A stretch of DNA of 27,748 nucleotides, from assembly GCF_006345805.1 (NCBI RefSeq), contig NW_021833405.1, forward strand, positions 1 to 27,748, given 5' to 3'. Under the pieces are notes generated by a model that did not search any database, had not been told where the DNA came from, and saw only the letters and a program-made list of their open reading frames with translations. This stretch comes from Octopus sinensis (Eukaryota). Position 1 is the first letter of the stretch, and each line of letters opens with the position of its first letter. Position numbers and translations under genes: made by a program. Of the stretch, positions 22,485-27,748 are shown piece by piece.

Positions 22485-25075
22485 TTTCCAAGCCTGGAAC
22501 AATGATATCCCGGCACTGTATGGACTTAGCAAGGACCATAAAGGTTTTACTGACCCTATAGCAGGACCACCAACAAGACCAGTCTGTGGAGCGAATATCG
22601 CTAGCAATTACAGAATCTCCTACTTCCTCTCAATGATCATACGCCCTATAATCTGGATGTCACCTGATGTGTGTGACAGCACAGAAGATCTCCTAAGCAG
22701 GATCAGTGACTGTAACAAAACTTGTGACTTGACAGGATGTATAGTAGGTAGCATGGATGTGGTATCCCTATACCCATCGGTTGACGTAGATTTTGCAGTG
22801 GAGAAGTGCGGGGAGATGATCAACGAGAGCCAGGTGGAGTTCTGTAATGTCGACACAGAAGAACTGGGCCTCCTACTTAGACTGACATATAATAGTGAAT
22901 ACTTAGATAAACATAATCTTAGTAGTTTCTGCCCCAGTAGATGTTTAAGAGGTAGACCGCCTACAATTACTTCTATGGCTAGGAAGACACATATAGAAAG
23001 ATGGCGCGGATGGACCAGAGCCATACGGAGCCCCGCAATGTCCATCAGGTAAAGAAAATGATCGCACATGCACTAGGAGCTAGTATAAGAGTTACCCTAA
23101 AAGGCCACACATTTAAATGTAATAATAAAATATATGCCCAGGACGAGGGGGCAGCCATCGGTGTTAGTATCGCTGGTGATGTGGCCAACCCTCTTCATGG
23201 TATGGTGGGACAGAAAGCTTAAGAATGCCTACTGCAGAAATCCATACTCGTAAACATGTACTCTCGCTATGTTGATGATATCAATATAGTAGTAAAGGCA
23301 CTCCCACAAGAGAGTACTGTTGATATAGTAATAGAAACTAATACTATGGAGAGTATCCAGCAAATAGCTAACTCCATCCACCAGAGTATTAAGGTCACAA
23401 TAGACTACCCCACTAAACACCCCCAACCATAGACTACCAGTACTAGACACTGAACTCTGGCTAGGAAATTGTGAAAAATAAAACCCAAATCCTTCATTCA
23501 TACTATGCAAAACCTATGGCCTCAAAATACCTGATCCACCGGAACTCAGCCATTGCGGGCAATGCCAAATTCAATATTTTGATGGCAGACCTCGTCAGAA
23601 TAATGAGAAATGTGTCACGCATGTGCGAGCCTACAGAATTAAAGAGACACATACAGTACTTCATTCACCGCATGCAGTTCTCAGGTTACAGCCATAAAGA
23701 AAGGATCAGAGTATACAAGGAGCCATGAAGAAATTTGATATATATATTGTAATGATAGGAATGGGATTTCCCACTCTATAGGAACAAGTCATGGAACACT
23801 ATAGAAAGGACAAAAAAGAAAATAGGGAAGGCCAACTCTTGTATGATAGCCATAAATACCAGAGTGTCATGTCGTTGACACCACCCCTGGAGGTGAACTA
23901 GCGTACCGCTTTAGAAGGACCCTAGATAAACTTAAACTAAGAATTAAGGTTGTTGAAAAGCCAGGCAACCCTATCAGATCTATAATTGGTAGAAGCTATC
24001 CTTTTAGTAGAACTCTCTATACGGATAACTATTGCACTGTATGTAGATTTAGCCCACAAACGAACTGTAAAGCCAGAAATGTGGTCTATAGTATAAGATG
24101 TATAGAGGGACGATGCAGTAACAAGACAGTAACATACGTAGGGAGAACTGCAAGAAGCATTGGTGAGCGGGGTGAATGAACATTGGAGACAACTCAAGGA
24201 AGGTAAAAGCTCATCGATTCTGTACCAACACGCCGAACAAGAACACGGGGGATCAATCAATAACATAGAGATTAAGATATTGTCCACACATAGAACAGAT
24301 GCAACAATTAGACAATTACAGAAGCTACACATATAATAGAAAATAAAGCTAGCCTGAATAGAAAACTAGAATGGAGCAATAGCGCACACCACAACATATG
24401 ACAATAGTGGATCCTGCAAACATAATAAATACACAGGTAATTAAAGAAATAGAAATGAATATCTATATATATGTATATGGTTATATATATGTATATGTAT
24501 ATGTGTATATATGTGTGTGTATATGTATATATATATATATGTATATGTATGTGTATGTATATATATATATATGTATAGTATATTCCTTTTTTTTTTTTTT
24601 CGATTAGATTTATTATTATTATTACTAATATTGTTGTTATACATACATACAAGCATATGTAATGATAATAATGGGTGGATGTAAACACATGAACAAAATT
24701 AGAACAAAAGCAACAACAACAAAAACAAAATACAAATTACAAGAATGTATATAACCAGAAGATACAAATATACAGGCATCCCCCCACCCACACACTAAAT
24801 AAACATAGACGCACATAGAGATATAAACATGCGCAAATGAAGACATACAATACAAATATAAAATGGCTGACGGTTAGTAAGGAGAGACACAAGTAAGTGA
24901 GAAGAAAACAAAGGACCACTGATGCGGTCACAGGAGTGTGACGAAAGAACTTTGGCCGAAATAAGATTAAGATTAATGTAAAAAATAAATATCACTGAAG
25001 CAAAATACACCAAATATATAGTGCGTGTGTTTTTATTGGCTACACTGGCAATATGACCATTCCGAAATAAAAACA
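22485..25075 (+). mobile_element. Penelope-like retroelement (probably Neptune-type), right arm: 5'-truncated RT-GIY-YIG ORF (to 24401, frameshifted) plus 3' UTR
   Basis: IPALYGLSKDHK..PTRPV, GSMDVVSLYPS, AIGVSIAGDVAN, YSRYVDDI, LPVLDTELW, SVMFVDTTPGGEL, KVVEKPG, Cys linker YCTVC..NC, VVYSIRC..C..YVGETAR..RVNEH, PSLN. Confidence 0.93.
24913..24957 (+). ncRNA. Minimal type I hammerhead-like motif in PLE 3' UTR (right arm)
   Basis: GGACCA (stem I), CTGATGC (A9 replaced by C), G, GTCAC-aggagt-GTGAC (stem II), GAAA, GAACTT, TGGCC (stem I partner). Confidence 0.55.
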
Positions 25076-25172
25076 ATAATCTGTTTCAAACACGACTTCA
25101 TTAAAAAAATCTTGCACAACAAATATCTTTAAACGTATATATAATATATATATATATATATTATATATATAT

Positions 25173-25218
<46 letters not shown>

Positions 25219-25223
<5 letters not shown>

Positions 25224-25408
25224 GTCAGAGAGAGACAGACTGATGATAGATAATAGATATGGTATATATAAACACATCCCACCACCACAAGCAGACACAC
25301 ATTCATACACACATGTGTATGGAAACAGCTGTAGGGAGGATTTTTATGTATGAAATTTAATATCAAATATTTTCCATCTATTCAAATCCCATTTTCTTCA
25401 TTGTCCGA
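25219..25408 (+). repeat. Local duplicate 'X' (copy 1)
   Basis: Direct repeat of 26193-26451, where the internal GATA tract is longer. Confidence 0.9.
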
Positions 25409-25433
25409 ATATATTATAGATGTATGTATATAT

Positions 25434-25491
<58 letters not shown>

Positions 25492-25530
25492 GGTATGTAT
25501 ATATATGTAAGTGTATATATATATAAATAT

Positions 25531-25560
<30 letters not shown>

Positions 25561-25562
<2 letters not shown>

Positions 25563-25977
25563 CTCTTTACTCTTTTAGTTGTTTCAGTCATTTGACTGCG
25601 GCCATGCTGGAGCACCGCCTTTTAGTCGAGCAATCGACCCCGGGACTTATTCTTTGTAAGCCAGTACTTATTCTATCGGTCTCTTTTTCTGAACTGCTAA
25701 GTGACGGGGACGTAAACACACCAGCATCGGTGTCAAGCAATGCTAGGGTGACAACACAGACACACAAACACATACACACAAACATATATATATATATATA
25801 TAATATAATAATATACGACAGGCTTCTTTCAGTTTCCGTCTACCAATCCACTCGCAAGGCATTAGTCGGCCCGGGGCTATAGCAGAAGACACTTGCCCAA
25901 GATACCACGCAGTGGGACTGAACCCGGAACCATGTGGTTTGTTAGCAGGCTACTTACCACAAAGCCACTCCTGCGCC
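25561..25977 (-). mobile_element. Composite SINE family A, full length
   Basis: Minus strand reads GGCGCAGGAGTGGCTTTGTGGTAAG (A-box-like) and GGTTCCGGGTTCAGTCCC (B-box-like), then CORE-like CTTGGGCAAGTG, an internal (TA)(TG) tract, the 3' module, the CAGTCAAATGACTG hairpin and an (AAAGAGT) tail. Confidence 0.9.
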
Positions 25978-25993
25978 TATATATATATATCTT

Positions 25994-26152
25994 GTCCAAC
26001 TTTCTGCTTAGCCATCAATCTCTCTTCCTGCCTATCTATCTACCTAACTATCTATCTGTCTGTCGTCTGCCTATCTATCTGTCTGTAAGATTGGCTGCCT
26101 GTTAGTCGACCTATCTATTCATCTTTCAATCCAAGTGAGTGCTTTATCACAC

Positions 26153-26153
<1 letters not shown>
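25994..26153 (+). repeat. Local duplicate 'Y' (copy 2)
   Basis: Direct repeat of 20105-20264. Confidence 0.9.
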
Positions 26154-26192
<39 letters not shown>

Positions 26193-26197
<5 letters not shown>

Positions 26198-26228
26198 GTC
26201 AGAGAGACAGACAGAAGATAGACTGATG

Positions 26229-26304
<76 letters not shown>

Positions 26305-26451
26305 TGAGTATATATAAACACATCCCACCACCACAAGCAGACACACATTCATACACACATGTGTATGGAAAAGCTCTAGGGAGGAATTTCTATGTATGAA
26401 TTTAATATCAAATTTTTTCCATCTATTCAAATTCATTTTCTTCATGTCCGA
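26193..26451 (+). repeat. Local duplicate 'X' (copy 2)
   Basis: Direct repeat of 25219-25408. Confidence 0.9.
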
Positions 26452-26463
26452 TATATATATATG

Positions 26464-26494
<31 letters not shown>

Positions 26495-26545
26495 GTATAT
26501 AATATATAATACATATATAATATTATATATATATATATATATATA

Positions 26546-26607
<62 letters not shown>

Positions 26608-26610
26608 TAT

Positions 26611-27566
26611 GCGAAAGTTATGTCCCCCAAATGATTCTGTAAACTACGAAACAAATGATCGTCTGAAGAGCAAGGTCGAGAGAATAAGGTGGATGAGGAA
26701 TTTTTTCCCAACCATGCTCTTCAATCTTCTGTGATGTGGTCTTCGCAGTATGGGGTCACACATTGTCCTTTTCGATTTACTAAAGCGGGTCATTTTTTCT
26801 TCAAAGCTTGGTTCAAACACTCTAATTGCTGACAGTAGACTTCACCATTAGGTGGCAACAATTCAAAATGAATTACTTCTTTGCAATCCCACCTAATAGA
26901 GAGAAGATCCTTTTTCCCAAGAATTTCCATTTTTTGTTACCAGTCACAAGTCTTTCCAAAAAGGGTAAAATGATTTCGCGAGAATGGAAAGAAGAGCAGA
27001 CGTCAACTCGGGATTTGCGGTTGCTTTCGGATTATTCATGAGGCACCCATTTTCCAAGTTTAGGAACCTTTCCAAATTGTTGAAGATGACGATGAACAGT
27101 TGCACGGTTTGAACTAAGATTTATTGCCAATTCTTCGACTGATAATGCAGGATTTTCATCAAGTAATGCCTTAAGGAGTTTATCATCAAACTCAACTGGA
27201 TGTCCTGTTCGATCTTCATCTTCAAGACTGAAATCTCAACTTCTGAATTTTGCAATCCATCTTCTACAAGTTCTTTCATTCAAGCATTCTTTCCCATAAA
27301 CTGAGTGTATGTTTCGAGTCGCTTCGGCTGCAGAGTTTCCTTTTTTGTACTCATAAAGTATTATGTGCCTAAAATGTTCTTTGGATAATTCATTGTTAGA
27401 AAGGGTTTTAATCAAAGAAATTTTGTAAAATAGTATTTAATTAGTTTAAATGTACACAAAAGCATAAAAATAATTTTTAATTCCATTAGACATTCTAAAA
27501 TACTATTAACTTTCATTCAATTTCAAAAAAGGTAAAATCGAACAGAACTTATAGGATGACCTGATA
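26611..27566 (-). mobile_element. Decayed mariner (DD34D) transposon: 5' TIR plus transposase pseudogene, 3' end lost in (TA)n
   Basis: TA then TCAGGTCATCCTATAAGTTCTGTTCGATTTT (TIR-like, 27564 downward). ATG at 27393 leads to ..HIILYEYKKG..EDEDRTGHP..GKWVPHE*..LVTGNKKW..WDCKEVIHFELLP..DNV*PH..HPPYSLDLAPSDDHLF. There are 34 residues between the second and third Asp, plus several stops and deletions. Confidence 0.92.
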
Positions 27567-27748
27567 TATTCTTTAATTTTTTTCTACATTTTAGCCCAAA
27601 GGTTGTGGTCATGCTGGAACAATTCCAATGCCGATTCTTATGCGACTGGTTTTTGGAAAAGGAGGGAATTCAACACTGTTGCCCTCATTTCCGTTCCTTG
27701 CAGTGATATATGTATATGTCTGTGTGTGTATGTGTATTGATACATAGA

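Noticed and set aside
22387-23052. Open frame running from the templated insert into the PLE RT, as a new chimeric gene
   Set aside because: There is no in-frame ATG before 22633 and the RT frameshifts soon after. A short open stretch across a junction is expected by chance.
20988-24401. Naiad/Chlamys-type PLE with selenocysteine recoding
   Set aside because: The endonuclease is C-terminal, and the reconstructed frame needs no in-frame TGA readthrough.
27595-27625. Fragment resembling the SINE A/LINE tail (tgtggtcatgctgg)
   Set aside because: Too short to call without a search.

Overview
Eukaryotic, AT-rich, extremely microsatellite-dense DNA. The repeat make-up resembles a coleoid cephalopod (octopus-like) genome, which is my inference from recalled SINE families and not from a database search. 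I find no intact host protein-coding gene; almost all listed ORFs are translations of simple repeats. The window is a nest of mobile elements. It holds a 5'-truncated CR1/L2-group LINE RT (1788-3239, minus) inserted in the pseudo-LTR of a small non-coding Penelope-like unit, and the restriction-like-endonuclease end of an R4/Dong-type LINE sitting inside (TAA)n. There is also a decayed DD34D mariner, two fold-back MITEs in (TA)n, and many tRNA-derived SINEs. The most notable structure is a head-to-head pair of Penelope-like (probably Neptune-type) RT-GIY-YIG elements (20321-22295 minus, 22485-25075 plus). They are joined through an inverted ~190-bp copy of the neighbouring genomic flank, which suggests twin priming with template switching. 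Five different minimal-hammerhead-like motifs occur in the Penelope-type tails. The LINE and one SINE family share a 39-nt 3' end whose terminal stem-loop is kept by compensatory substitutions.
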